64,000 bases of DNA from Isurus oxyrinchus (taxonomy: Eukaryota), in NCBI GenBank assembly GCA_026770705.1, contig JANJGN010000146.1, forward strand, positions 992,001 to 1,056,000. The letters run 5' to 3'. The stretch's first letter is position 1. Every line of letters begins with the position of its first letter. The notes below the pieces were generated by a model that ran no database searches, had not been told where the DNA came from, and saw nothing but the letters and a program-made list of their open reading frames with translations. Below are positions 38,682 to 51,100 of this stretch, piece by piece. The position numbers and the translations under genes are program-made.

Positions 38682-39592
38682 CTAATCTGGCAGTGATTGT
38701 GATACTGATTCGAGGAAGATGCGGTCTCTCCAAATGTATCACTTACTACTTGATGTCCATGGCCATAACGGATCTCCTTGTCGGGATCACAGTTGTGATA
38801 TTAAACCGGATTATAGGTATTTATTTCCCGTTCAGTCTCCTGGCCATCACACCGGTCTTCAGCCTCAGACTTGTGCTAATTTATGGTGTCATCGATTCTT
38901 CTGTCTGGGTAACAGTGGCTTTCACATTTTACCGATTTGTAGCCATTTGCTGCCAGAAGCTGAAAATTAAATATTGCACTGAGAAAATGGCGGCTGCGGT
39001 GATAGGAACTGTCTGTGTACTGAACTGTGTTAAAAGCATCCCCTTGTATTTTATGTGTGAGCCTGCCTTTATAATTGACAATATACCCTGGCAATGCAAC
39101 TCAAAAACAATATTTTATACGTCACCTGCATGGGTCACTTATGAAAGCATAATCGCCGTTTTAACCCTTTGCCTCTCCTTCGTCCTTATTTTACTGCTCA
39201 ATGCTCTGACCATCAGACACATTGTAGCGGCCAGTCGAGCCCGCAGGAGACTCCGGATCCAGAGCAATGGAGAGTATCAAAGTGACCCAGAGATACAGAA
39301 GAGAAGGAAATCCATGGTTTTGCTCTTCTGTATCTCGGGCAGTTTCATCCTGTTACATTTGTTAAGCCTTATAAACTTCCTCTATGTCCGAATTGCGAAT
39401 CTTAGCTATGTGGACTCTACTAATATCAGTGAATCAAATTTTCTTATGGAGGAAAGCGCACGTATGCTTCAACTTCTGAGTTCCTGCGTCAATCCGTTTA
39501 TTTATGCAGGGACCCAGAGTAAATTCAGAGAAGAGTTAAAGAATGGTGTGAAATTCCCATTGAATCTGCTTGTTAAATTATTTAAAAGATGA
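38682..39592 (+). CDS. GPR139-like GPCR (paralog C), coding exon 2
   Basis: Acceptor ctgtcacAG|CTAATCTGGCA and an open 7TM frame with NPFIY; 326 aa when spliced. The DRF motif is changed to YRF. Confidence 0.9.
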
Positions 39593-42500
39593 TATCAATA
39601 AAATCCAACATGAGTCATAATGTGTGTTCCATCCATTGCTGCTTTTGTTTATCTCACACAAAAGTTTTGTCTCCAAGAAGCAGCGTCATTTTCTTTAATC
39701 CCTTTTCCTCTGTGTGAATTTAACAATGTATAAAGAACGTTGTCTGCTCCCCGTTAGTTTTAATTTGTCTTCCTCGTGCTGGCAGGGGCCTGGTACATCG
39801 CTACCAGCCCCCAGGGCCTTGGAAATCAATGTGGAAGACAGAGAGTCCGACTTAGATCTGATATTGGATACCAAAATTTAACAATTTAAGGTAGGAACCT
39901 CAATGTTATTGCTTTGTGTAGTTTACGCCTTGGAGGTAAAAGGTGCCCCCATGCATTATTCTCAACTCACTAGTCACCGCTTCACAATCGCTCTCCCTTG
40001 TCATTGAACATAGGAATAAGGGGCAGGAAAACATGGGCAACAGTAAATCGCCTTCTACACTTTCAATCGGACAATTATGATGACATCTCCAGTGTTATCA
40101 AACAGCATAAATCGAATCTAACAACAGTGTCTCATTTTCAAGGGGCATCAATCATAAACAACAAAATCATTAAAAAGAACTCATCACATTTAATGGCAAA
40201 GTCAGAATTTTATGGGTCATCTCGGCGGCGAGATTTTTTGGTTCTGCCAAAGCCAATGAGCTTTTGAATGGCTCGCCACATTTTGCAGCACTGCCACTCC
40301 CCACTGACCATGCACAAACACATTTCTTGCCATCCTGATAGCCACAAGAGGTCACGCCAGAGAAGTTATTGGCTACACATAGCAACAAATCATTATCCCA
40401 ATCTCGGGTGAGTACTGCACATGCTCTTGGGGTATGGCAGTTCTCCTCCTCCCCATCTGCAAAATGCAGCACAGGTCTCAGTATTTGTCACTGTTGCCAG
40501 CGGAAAATCGTGAGTAAGGAAGTAATTATTTGTTATACCTCGAAAGGTCTTTCAATGTCGAGGTGGAAACTAATCCATTAGCCTTCGCTTTATATGCCCT
40601 TTGTCCAGATTATTAAATAACCCCAGATTTGATTAACATCATTAGTAAGAACACAACTGAAACTCTGCTACTACTTGAAACCTCACTCATCTGTCAGCAA
40701 TTGAAATGCACGACTGACTTGCTCCCCAACTACATATCATTTGAAAGATTTTTCCTACGTCTACCTCTTGAACATAACGGACTGCGAGAAGAAGAAACAA
40801 CTTTTAACATCTTCCCTCATCAATGCAGCATGTGAATGACTTCTTCTCAGTGGGAATACCTCGATAAATTTGCAGTCGGGCTGAGGAAGCAAGTCCCGTC
40901 CTGCAGTGTCCTCATTTGCAATGTTTCACAGTATACACGATCCTTGAGCTACTGAGGTTGGATGATTAGTTGAAACTTCGTCCAGTCATTGAAAACGTGC
41001 AAGACCTCTCCCCACTGTGTATGGTGCGATGCCTTTATTTATTCATGCTGTGCTAACTAGTTAAAACTTTTTCCACATCCATTGCATTGGAGCACTCTCT
41101 GTCCAGTGTGCATCACATTCTTTTTGCTGTCACACTGACGTTTGAAATATAGTCATACTTACCATACTGGCGACCATTTTTCCAATCTGCTTGGTTCTGT
41201 TCTACGCCTCCTTGTTCCCTTCTCGCTGCTTTGCAGAAATTGCTGACTATAGCTGGTTTCTGGTTTCAGTTATGCATTGACCAGTGCAATTTTGGATCCC
41301 ATCCCGAAGTTGTTGACCCGTAGCAAATGGAGAAGGATATTCTGGTCCTGGAATCTTCGCTGTCCTTCAATTGGTGCATAGATAATATGCAGCATGTCCC
41401 CATTTGGACACCTTAGTTTGGTAGCCTTTAAAGCAGTTGGTACCAAATCCTATCAATCTCTGTTTTGATATTTTCAGTTGATGCCTAGTCTCTATATCTC
41501 CTTGGCAGACAATTGCCTCGGTGTATGTTGGAATAGTGGTCATGTTCATGGACTAGTAAATCTGAAGGCAAGGTTAGTGATACAGGGACGAAAATTCACA
41601 TCCCACCACGTCAGCTGATGAACATAAATTCAGTTCACGAAAGAAATCTGAAAATTATAAAAGCGCAATCATGAATGATGACCATGAAACTACAGTATTG
41701 TCATGAAAAAGCACAATCCGTTTCATTCATGTACTTTCATGAAGGAATTCAGTCGTCTTTACCAAGTTTGGCCTCTATGTGACTCTACGCCCAGGGAGAT
41801 GTAGTGGAGTGACAACTGCCCCCTTAACTGGCCTAGCAAGCGGGAGCAAATGTTTGAAAATAGAAGCGATGGAACACCTGGCATCGAGCTAAGCACCAGA
41901 AACAACAAAGATACAGCCAGCTCTGTCGATCCTGTAAAGTCTTCTTCACACACATGTGGATTCATGAGAGTTGCTGCAGAGAGCAGTCAAGCAACAGGCT
42001 GACATAATCATATTTCGAATCGTACCGTTTAGCAAATATTCCAGGTTTCTATCACCATTCAGAGTTAGGTTCGGCCATACCGTGAAAAAAAAATCTTACA
42101 GTGTTGGGCGTTTTTGTCCACAACTAGAAAGTGACCTGCACCAAACTGGCCCAGTGACAATTAAATAATGATTAAGTGTAAATACGTCCTTGATGTTTAT
42201 TTAGAACAATTAGATCTCCTGACCTTAAATAAACTTGTTATCTTTAAAAGAGCCGAACCATTCCACTCAAAATTAATGTCTCTATTGATTGGTTAGTATC
42301 TCTGTCACTATCAAACAACCAATCATTTACGTTTGCATATTTGCAGTTAGTCTTGGAGCCGATGCACTTATGCTGCAGGACACCCATCACAAAACATGTG
42401 TCACACTCTGTTACAAATATGTAAGAATTTTTAAAAAAGGAGAGTTCTGGCAACAGAACAAGAAGCTGAAATTTAAAATAAAAATTAATTATCCTCTTGG

Positions 42501-43269
42501 TTGGATTTATGCATTTTGAGAAATTGCTATTAAAGTGGACGTCTGTTTAGCAGTTAAATGTACAAATTGTGTTTCACCTCTGAGACGACACGGAAGCAAC
42601 AATGCCCGATATCTAGCTTAGTAAACTTACAGATCGACTTCCATTTCAAAGTATTTTCTTAATTACATGTTCCTTTGAACTTTGTGAAATTAAGAAGACT
42701 TCATGATTTAAATTAGTGTGTTTTCTATGATCGGCTGGAGTCTACAAAACAGGGATTGGAAATTATATGTAGAAAAGCAAACACAGGTTAATAAATCAAT
42801 GAAATAGAATTGTGCTGTTTTAGGCCGCACCTTGGTCCGTATCTCATCTCGGTTTAATGATGCGCTTGAATCCCTGATTACTTTAATTTTCCCACTTAAG
42901 GTATTTGAATAAAGCGTTGGTTGTAAAAAGTGATACTGTAATTAAGCCATTAGAGCCAGGAATCACAAGCTGAAAAAGATGAAAGTAATTCAAAGGCAAC
43001 TATGTAACATGGAAAGAAATCTGAAAATCTCATAAAGAAACAAAAAGAAAAAACATTGGAAGTTATCAACAGCATCACCAGCTCCCTGACAAAAGCAGAC
43101 TCACCGAACTGGGTACAATACACAGGGGCCTGTGACTGTGCCGACTCTATTTTAAAATAATTCTCCATAAATAACATTTAAAGCAGCGGTAATATGATGC
43201 TTTTCTAGTAAACTTCTAAATAATCCCTTGTGGAGCTCTGACCAATGTTCCTTGCAGAGAGAGCATTGT

Positions 43270-43545
43270 ACCATTTACGGGGGAATCAACATTATTTTTA
43301 GGGGACAGTGAATATTGCATTCAGGGGACATTAATGATTGAATTTAGGAGAAGGTGATGATTGTAGTTAGGGGACACTTGAACATTGTATTTAGCAGCCA
43401 GTGATCATTACGGTTAAGGGACTGTTGTCATTGTTTTAGGGGACAGTGAAAATTGTATTAGGGGACAGAGATCATTCCATTTACAGGGCAGAGAGCATTG
43501 TATTTAAGGTCAGAGCAGACTATATTCAGGGAACCGTTGTCATTT
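43270..43545. repeat. Degenerate ~22-bp minisatellite (cattgtatttaggggacagtga)
   Basis: About 12 diverged units visible. Confidence 0.75.
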
Positions 43546-44700
43546 GCACCGAACTTCCCGAATTCGGTACGTGGGGGTGGGAGGGGTTGTGCGCAGTAAG
43601 TGCCCCAGAAGATGCACCCGGGGCCCCCCAGGAATTTCCCATGTAAACTTTACACAGATATTGCACAGGAACTTCAAATTTCCGATGGAGAATTATCCTA
43701 GATGCCTTGGAATCATCTGGAAATCAAATTTAAATTGCAGAACATACGTAGCTCCACCACTCTTAGCAGAATAGGTATCCAGGAAAAGTTAGGGGATTTG
43801 AAATAATTTCCGACTTCCCGATTCCCCACTTGACCCCCAATATTCCCCTCCACCATTCCTCACTCCGCCTGCCCTCATTATCCTCCTGACAGCCCGACTA
43901 CCTTCTTGCCCCTGACTACAACCCCATCCCCCAGAATAACCCGACTAACAAAACACCACCCGATTATTCCTCCCTCCGCAAATAGCCTCACCCACGCCTC
44001 GACTGACCACCCGCAGACACAAAATACCCCTGGACTAATTCTACCCCCTCCGACCTATCCTACCCACTCCACCTATCCTAATCCCGACGCATTCTATTCC
44101 CCTGAACCATGCGACCACCCGATCCTTCCTATCCCATTCCACCTACCCTAAACCCGGGACCATCCTATGCCCCTGACCCATACTGCCCCACTCAACTCAT
44201 CCAACCAGCCAGCCACAGATTACATCACTGAATCATCCTACCACGCTCCATCATTCTACCCCTGATCCATCCATCCCGAATGGCACACCCAACCCCACTC
44301 GCCCCGTCCTACCTCCAACGCATCATACAGCACTCCAAGTATCATACCCTGAAGCACCCAATTCTCCTAGCCCAACCTACCCCCCTCAACCCCTCCTGCC
44401 TCCAAGGACTATCCTACAGTCTGGACTATTCTAACCCACTCGACCTAATCTACCCACTCTACCTCCCCGACAGACAGCCTCTGCCAGTCAACCCGTCCGA
44501 ACATTTCTGCCCCGAACAATCCTGCCCCACTTGAACTAGACTACAAGCCCGACCATTCCTCAACTGCCGACGAAATCTACTCCTGACACAAGTTACACTA
44601 CGTCAACTGTTCGAAAGACCTTATCCATTCGGTCAGTTCAAAGCATCCTACCTCACTAGGGCTTTCCTGATCCCGATCTACCCTTCCCCTGACACATCCA
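43545..44700 (+). repeat. Interspersed repeat with long C-rich low-complexity arm; related copies at 48650-49400 (inverted) and 49550-50240
   Basis: cttagcagaataggtatccaggaaa at ~43763 matches the reverse complement of tttcctgggtacctattctgctaag at ~49212. Confidence 0.6.
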
Positions 44701-45345
44701 TTGACCAGAAACGGAACTGGGCTAGCCATGTAAAGACTGTGGCTACAAGAGCAGGTAAGAGGCTAGGAATCCGGCTTCGATTAACTCACCTCCTGATTCC
44801 CCAAAGCCTGCCCACCACCTACAAGTTACAAGTCAATAGTGTAATTAAATACTTCCCAATTGCCTGGACGAGTGCTGCTCCAACAATGCTCACGAAACTT
44901 GGCACCATCCAGGACAAAGCAGCCTGCGTGATTGACCCTCCATCCACAAATATTCACTCCCTCCACCACCGGTGCACAGTGGCAGCACTGTTTGCCATCT
45001 ACAAGATGCACTGCAGGAATTCACCTTAGACAGCACCTTCCAAACTTACGGCCACTACCATCCCGAATGACAAGTGCAGCGGATATATGGGAACTCCAAC
45101 AGCTGGAATTTCCCCTCTAAGTCACTCACCATACTGACTTGGAAATATATCGCCGTTCCTTCAATGTCTCTGGGTCAATATCCTGGAACTCCCTCCCTAA
45201 CAGAAACATAGGTGTACCTACACTACATGGACCGCAGCAGTTCAAGAAGGCAGCTCATTAACACCATGTTCTCAAGGGCAATTACGGGTGGGCATTAAAT
45301 GCTGACTGGATCTGGGATGCCCACATCCATGAATGAATAAAAAAA
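44700..45345 (+). mobile_element. LINE 3' end (HER1-like), relatively young
   Basis: ATRAGKRLGI...TTYKLQVNSVIKYFPIAW...LHHRCTVAALFAIYKMHC, with tail catgaatgaataaaaaaa. Confidence 0.85.
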
Positions 45346-46349
45346 CTGTTACAGAAGCATCACTTTACCCTTTTGTATTCTCATTTTGAAATTAGGCACT
45401 CTCCACTTTGAAACACAAAACGAGTTGTAAACCTGTGGGAGTTGCACCATTTGTTGCAGCGAAGAAAGAACTCCGGCCTGGAGTGCTGCTTTCAAAGGTC
45501 AGTTGTGATCGGTTGATCAGGAGTAATGTGTGTATCTGTGTAAACAGCAAGCAGAAACATCTGTCGCATTGCAACCCATATTCAGCCTTACACCACCATC
45601 TTTAGTCAGTTAACTTTTTGTGCATTGTGCATTAGCACAGCCCATTTCACCCCTTTCCTTCACTTCTAATCTCTGCCTCTATAGCTGTTCTCGACCAGTG
45701 GACACGTGAATTTTCCAAAACCTGATGCGAAATTTTAACTCTCAGCCCTCGTTTCATTCTTTCAATCAAGACGTAATTCATGCTAGTTTTGACAATTCGC
45801 ATTATGTCAAGTGTTGTGACTAGCCAATCTGGTAACTCGTGTTTTCTTTTAGTTTTAGTAATAATAATTGATGTGGGGAAGCATGGATTTGTGCAGTGGG
45901 TAAACAATAATTACAATTCACTGGATAGTCCATGTCTGCATAAAGAGGCCAAATCTGCCAGTGTGAAATCCTTAAAGAATAGGCAGCTTTTCATGGTGTG
46001 GACGTACTATCTGCAGTTGTCTTCATAAGGGGTTTAAGTAGTCATGCAGCTCCCAGATCAAAGAAACTAAAAGTGCCAGAGAAGGCATTAGGGTTTGTGT
46101 ATTAGAGAGGCCCCGGTTTTTGGACCACATCACCTTGTTTAGGCTGCTTTGCTTTTTGCGTCATAGAGGCCTCAATGTCCAACAGGGTTCTGCTCTCTCG
46201 TTCGTGAGAGAACACAAATTCTAGCCAAAGCTTGTAGAATTTCTGTTCAATAATATGTCTATATCAGATCTGCGTCGCTCCCAATCTCACGGAATCATTC
46301 TCAGGTTCAGCGTACGAAGGCCCACAGCATTTTGTCTCGATGGTGTTTA

Positions 46350-48150
46350 TGTGCCATATATTTCCCGGCCTCTAGGAATTAGCCTATGCTTGTGCCAACG
46401 GCAATGTCAGTGTTATATATCGGCTGTGCAACTGCTCTGCTTTGTAAGTGTTTAGTTGGACAGTGCGGAGGGAACTTTAATCCGTGTCTAACCAGTGCTA
46501 TAGAGGCCTGGGAATATCTTATGGAATATGTAAAGAACGTATTCTTCCTCAAACATTGTCCTGCATTAACATCTGAAGGAACAGATCCTTTATTAGTTAG
46601 AACGACCCGACGCTGACTGTGACAGATCAGAGACGTCACTGAGTTGCTCTTCGCAATTCCATCATTCTGCTTCTGGTTTTTGCAACAAAAAGGAAGAGGT
46701 CCACATCTCTTTACACGGATGGGGCGATGTGTGGTGGATCATTCTTTGACTGAAGCGCCTCGAGTTCAAACAATTTGCAGACAGGAATCGTGATAAATAC
46801 CACTCGGGAAAGGAGGAAAACGTGAAATAGGGAAAATGCAGCCATGTCGATGGACCGAGGAGAAATGAATTCAGCAAAGTCATACTTGGTGCAGTTATCA
46901 TTCAAAATTTATTAACAATTTCAGGCATGTTTTGTAGAAATATTTCATTTAAAGGTCACAAAAGTGAATTTATCGTTTGAACGTCACATCGAGACGACCC
47001 CATGCTCTCCAAGCTGCCAACTGTAAGTAGAAGTGTAACATAGGCCAGAAAGAGAAAACAGCAATTTAGCATAAAGGGAAGGGGACAACAGCGAAAGAAA
47101 AGACATATTTACAAATGCAATTCAAGCTATAGTGAAATTATAAGTTACAGTTATTTTAAAATAATAATTATCTCGCACATTTCAAACAGAAAGGCGGAAA
47201 TACTGTCCACGAATGTCTCAATTACAGATTCAGAGTCATAAAATGAAGACATTTCACTGTTACAGTCACCAGGTGACCATATTTTAAAGTTGGAATAGAG
47301 AGATCTCAATAAACAACTGAGGAACAGCCAAGGAGGTCTGAAAATCAATCGATCACTTAAACTGTAAAAGAGGGAGAAAATAATGAAGCAGATATTAATG
47401 ACCTGGGACATTTATGTTGGAGTTTTCAATCAGTGAAATATTTGGAGATTTTTCAAACCGCTCCTGTCATATTGATGTGTGAGCGGATTGAATCTTCTCA
47501 CCATCACCAGAGTGATGGCAGCGCCATAGAAAATGCGCCAAGAAGAACAGGGCGATGAATGTGGAAGCAGTGGTCCAGATGTTCCCGTTATTGTCCTCAG
47601 AGTCCTTAATCCAGATGTGGCCCGTGGAATCTAGAGGGATGTAGCCAAGGAAATGTTTTAATATGCATATTAATCCAGGACGCCCCATTATCTTTTGCAC
47701 ATATATTCTGTTGTATCTTCCTCAAGCTTTTGGCTTAGTTTCGAATTAAATTTTCATGCGTGCCTATTATTACATCAGTGGCTTTCAGTAATCTTTGTCT
47801 GTTACTAACACCGCTGCCGTTCTTGCTTTACATTCCGCATACTGTCCATATCAGAACATTGTATTTTTAAAGATTCAGTGCCAATGTGTTTTGGATCAAT
47901 TTCATATGACCAATTACTGGATATCGCAGGACAATTAGCAGTTCAAAACGGTTATTTTAACGATAGGTACTTATGGCTACTAAATTGCAGGCTCTGGATG
48001 TTATCATTTATGTGATCAGTTGGGGATTCTCATCTTCTTTCATAATTTGTGATGGAAATGCTTGGAAGGTCATTCACTTAACACTGTTTCTAAGTGAGCG
48101 TGTTGTTTCAATGTATTTGCAGGGCCTGCATGTTTTGGGAAGTATTATTG
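46350..48150. repeat. Segmental duplicon with IgH TM exons (copy 2, most diverged)
   Basis: Similar to 6500-7715 and to 59570-61300. Confidence 0.75.
47353..47630 (-). pseudogene. Orphan IgH TM1 (47502-47630) + TM2 (47353-47361), copy 2, frameshifted
   Basis: DSTGHIWIKDSEDNNGNIWTTASTFIALFFL, then a +1 insertion (exon 129 nt versus 128), after which IFYGAAITLVM continues in the shifted frame. The intron is 140 nt, TM2 reads FK-stop, and AATAAA lies at 46908-46913. Confidence 0.88.
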
Positions 48151-51100
48151 GAGGGTACGACTGTTAAGTACAAACAAAGGATTATAATCTCGGCCCGGAG
48201 AGAACAGAGTCCTGTTTTATGGAGCTGATCACGATGAAGCTGGACCATCATTTTCCACACCTTCTCCCAAAGGCACATTCCGGAATGAGGTAGACAATGA
48301 TTTCTCTGATCGCAGCTCTTTTAAGGACAGAATGGCTGCATGTTACATTCTGGTCAGACAGTGTGGATCTCACAGGGGAATCCCGTCTCACCAACAACTA
48401 ACGAAATCATGTTGATGGTTTGAAGGTTTATATAGGAAGCTTTCATCAGCTGCGAAATATGAAACACGATGGCCGAGAAGTGGTAATCTGGATGGCCATT
48501 CAACCATTTTTAACATTCCTTGTCCCACAGCTCCACATTTCTCACCTGCACTTCAGACCAGGGTTTCCAGGGAACAGTGGGGTGTAAAGTCCTCCTTCCT
48601 CGTACAGGAATGTCGGGGAAAGCTGAGCCAGAGCATTTCTGTAGCTCTAGCTACAGTTTAGCAGTAGCTTTAATGATTCCAAAACCGGATTGGCACAGCG
48701 CAGAGAGAAGGTCAGTGTGCAAGATAACAGGGTCAGGGAGTCGGGTGGCAGGTAAAGGGTGAGGGAATAGGGTAGGTCGAGGGATATCAGGGAGTTTGGG
48801 GTTGTCAGCATTTAGTCGCGGAAGGGGGCTAGATGATTGGAAAGGGGGGTGGTTAGCGGGTGGGCATTGAGGTGCTGGGTAAGCAGCGTGGGGTGGGAGT
48901 GTGGGTAGCGTTTGGGTTATCCCGAGGGTTATCGGGAGTAGGGGGAGATTCGGGTGTTCGGGAGGGTAGTCAGGGGTTTGGTGCAAGGGGAATGGGGGGC
49001 ATTAGTTTGGGGATGGTGTTGACCCCGTGGTCTCGGCAGCAATTGAAGTTTTGGTGTATTAGTCAGGGTATGGGTAATTGGGTTCTGGATAGCAGTCACG
49101 TGTCAAGGGCACACTCGGCCTGTCTGGAAAGTACTTGGGGTGCCCATTTCGGAGTTTGAGATCTGAATTCTGGTTACCCAGGAGCTGGAACTGTTATTAA
49201 CCCTTCTCAGGTTTCCTGGGTACCTATTCTGCTAAGTATGCCAGGACAATCCTACTCCTCCAAATCTAATTCAGGGTTCTGGAATGTTCCAGATGCAGTA
49301 TTAATTGCCCAACGGATGTGGAAAATCCGCGGGAAGTTGCCGTGCAGTCTTGAAGTGGGGAGTTACATGGGATCAAACACCACATCTCTCTGGTACCTCG
49401 GGGTCAGGCCATCCACTGGTCAGAAGATCTGGGACATACTGACAATACATTCTGATCTCCATAGGGCCGCAGCCATGAGGCACCCCAAAGATGCTGTGGG
49501 AGAAGCACAACCTCCACCATCCGCCCCCGGTCCAGAAGCCCACATATGAGGGATGAACGGGTATTGACCGGAAAATTCAAACTTCCGAAGAACATCAGGA
49601 ATCATCCAAACCATCCGACACGTGGATTTTAATTGGAAACTTCAGATTGTTACGCCGGTCCCAGAAGAATAGTTTCCCAGGAGCAGTGAGAAGAACGAAA
49701 ATCGCTTCTAACTCCTGGGTTACTATAGAAATTATAACCCCGACCACCCACTGGAAACCTCAACTATATTTCCCACCTCCTTGACTGCAGAAGCTCCCCC
49801 GCCTATCCTCTCAAACCGCCCCTGACCACGCCTCATTACCTTCCCCAACCCCTGACTACCCTCCCGCCCCCAGCCTGCCCTCCCAACAATCGACAAACTA
49901 CAAGCACCCAACTGCACCCTCACCCAATGAGGACCCAACCGACCTCACGAATACTACCGATAACCTGCCGAACACCCTCCCAACACATCGAATACTCATC
50001 AGTCATGACATTGATAATCTCGCCCGATTCCCCAAACACCCTGCAGACCCCTGATTACCCCAAAAGCCTTCCAACCGCCTGCATAGCCCAGGGTATCACT
50101 CTAACACCTCGACCACAATCTCATCCACGCCGAATTCTCTCCTGGTATCCAACTGAAACAACCCTGGACACACCCAACGATTACAACACTGCCCACCACC
50201 CCCTCCGCCCGCGACCTAACACATCCATCCCCAATCCTGGAAAATTGGATTCTGGATGTCTGATATCTAATAGCAGTAGTTTTCCTTATCTATGTTTGAT
50301 TTGATGTTCTTTGATGTCATGAGACTTGATGGATTCCGCAGCAGATGTTGAGAACTCCCAAGGCCCTCCTTCTATAATATACACCACTGTACTGGCATCA
50401 CTGAAGTTTCTAGCCTGTTGTTTTATGTTGCTTCCCAACACGATTTTTTTTTCCAATTATAGCATTCCAAATCAGATTTTTTGCAGTAAATTCCATATCT
50501 CATGCGCCTGGCATTCCAGCTGTCTTTCCTGAATTATGTCAACTAGCCTGCACACAGTTTTCTCCATAGCCTTGTCTTGTGCTATCGGCAAAGCTTAAAT
50601 TTTTACCCTTTGTTCCCGTGTCCATATGATTAACAGATATCACAAACGACAATTGACTGAACACTGATACTTGTGGGAAACTGTGTTAACTTGCTTCATG
50701 ATGCAAAACAATCGGGACCCACGAATAACATCCCGTCTATTACTTCAGAGAAAAGTTCAATGAAGTTTGTAATTTTGCCTTACTACAAATCCATGTCAGC
50801 TGTCGTTTATTCACCGAAAAGCGTCCAATTCACCATTAAAATTGCCCCGATTCTGCTCACTGGACGTTCACCTGGCAGCAATGTTAGGCTGACTGATTGT
50901 AATGCAGCAATGATTTTCACACAGTACAGGAAAGGTCTCTGTGGTGAATTTGTATGGGAGCTTCTAGATTGTCATGTGACATTCAATGTCAACATGCTTC
51001 ATTAACATTCAACAGCATAACGTGAAAAAAGTGGAAATTTTAAAGATATTGTAATATATCATGGGGGTAATGTTTCCTGTTGAATAAGTGCTTAAAAAAT

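Noticed and set aside
43270-43545. Short periodic repeats resembling a CRISPR array
   Set aside because: The context is vertebrate and the units are contiguous and degenerate without unique spacers. It is a minisatellite.
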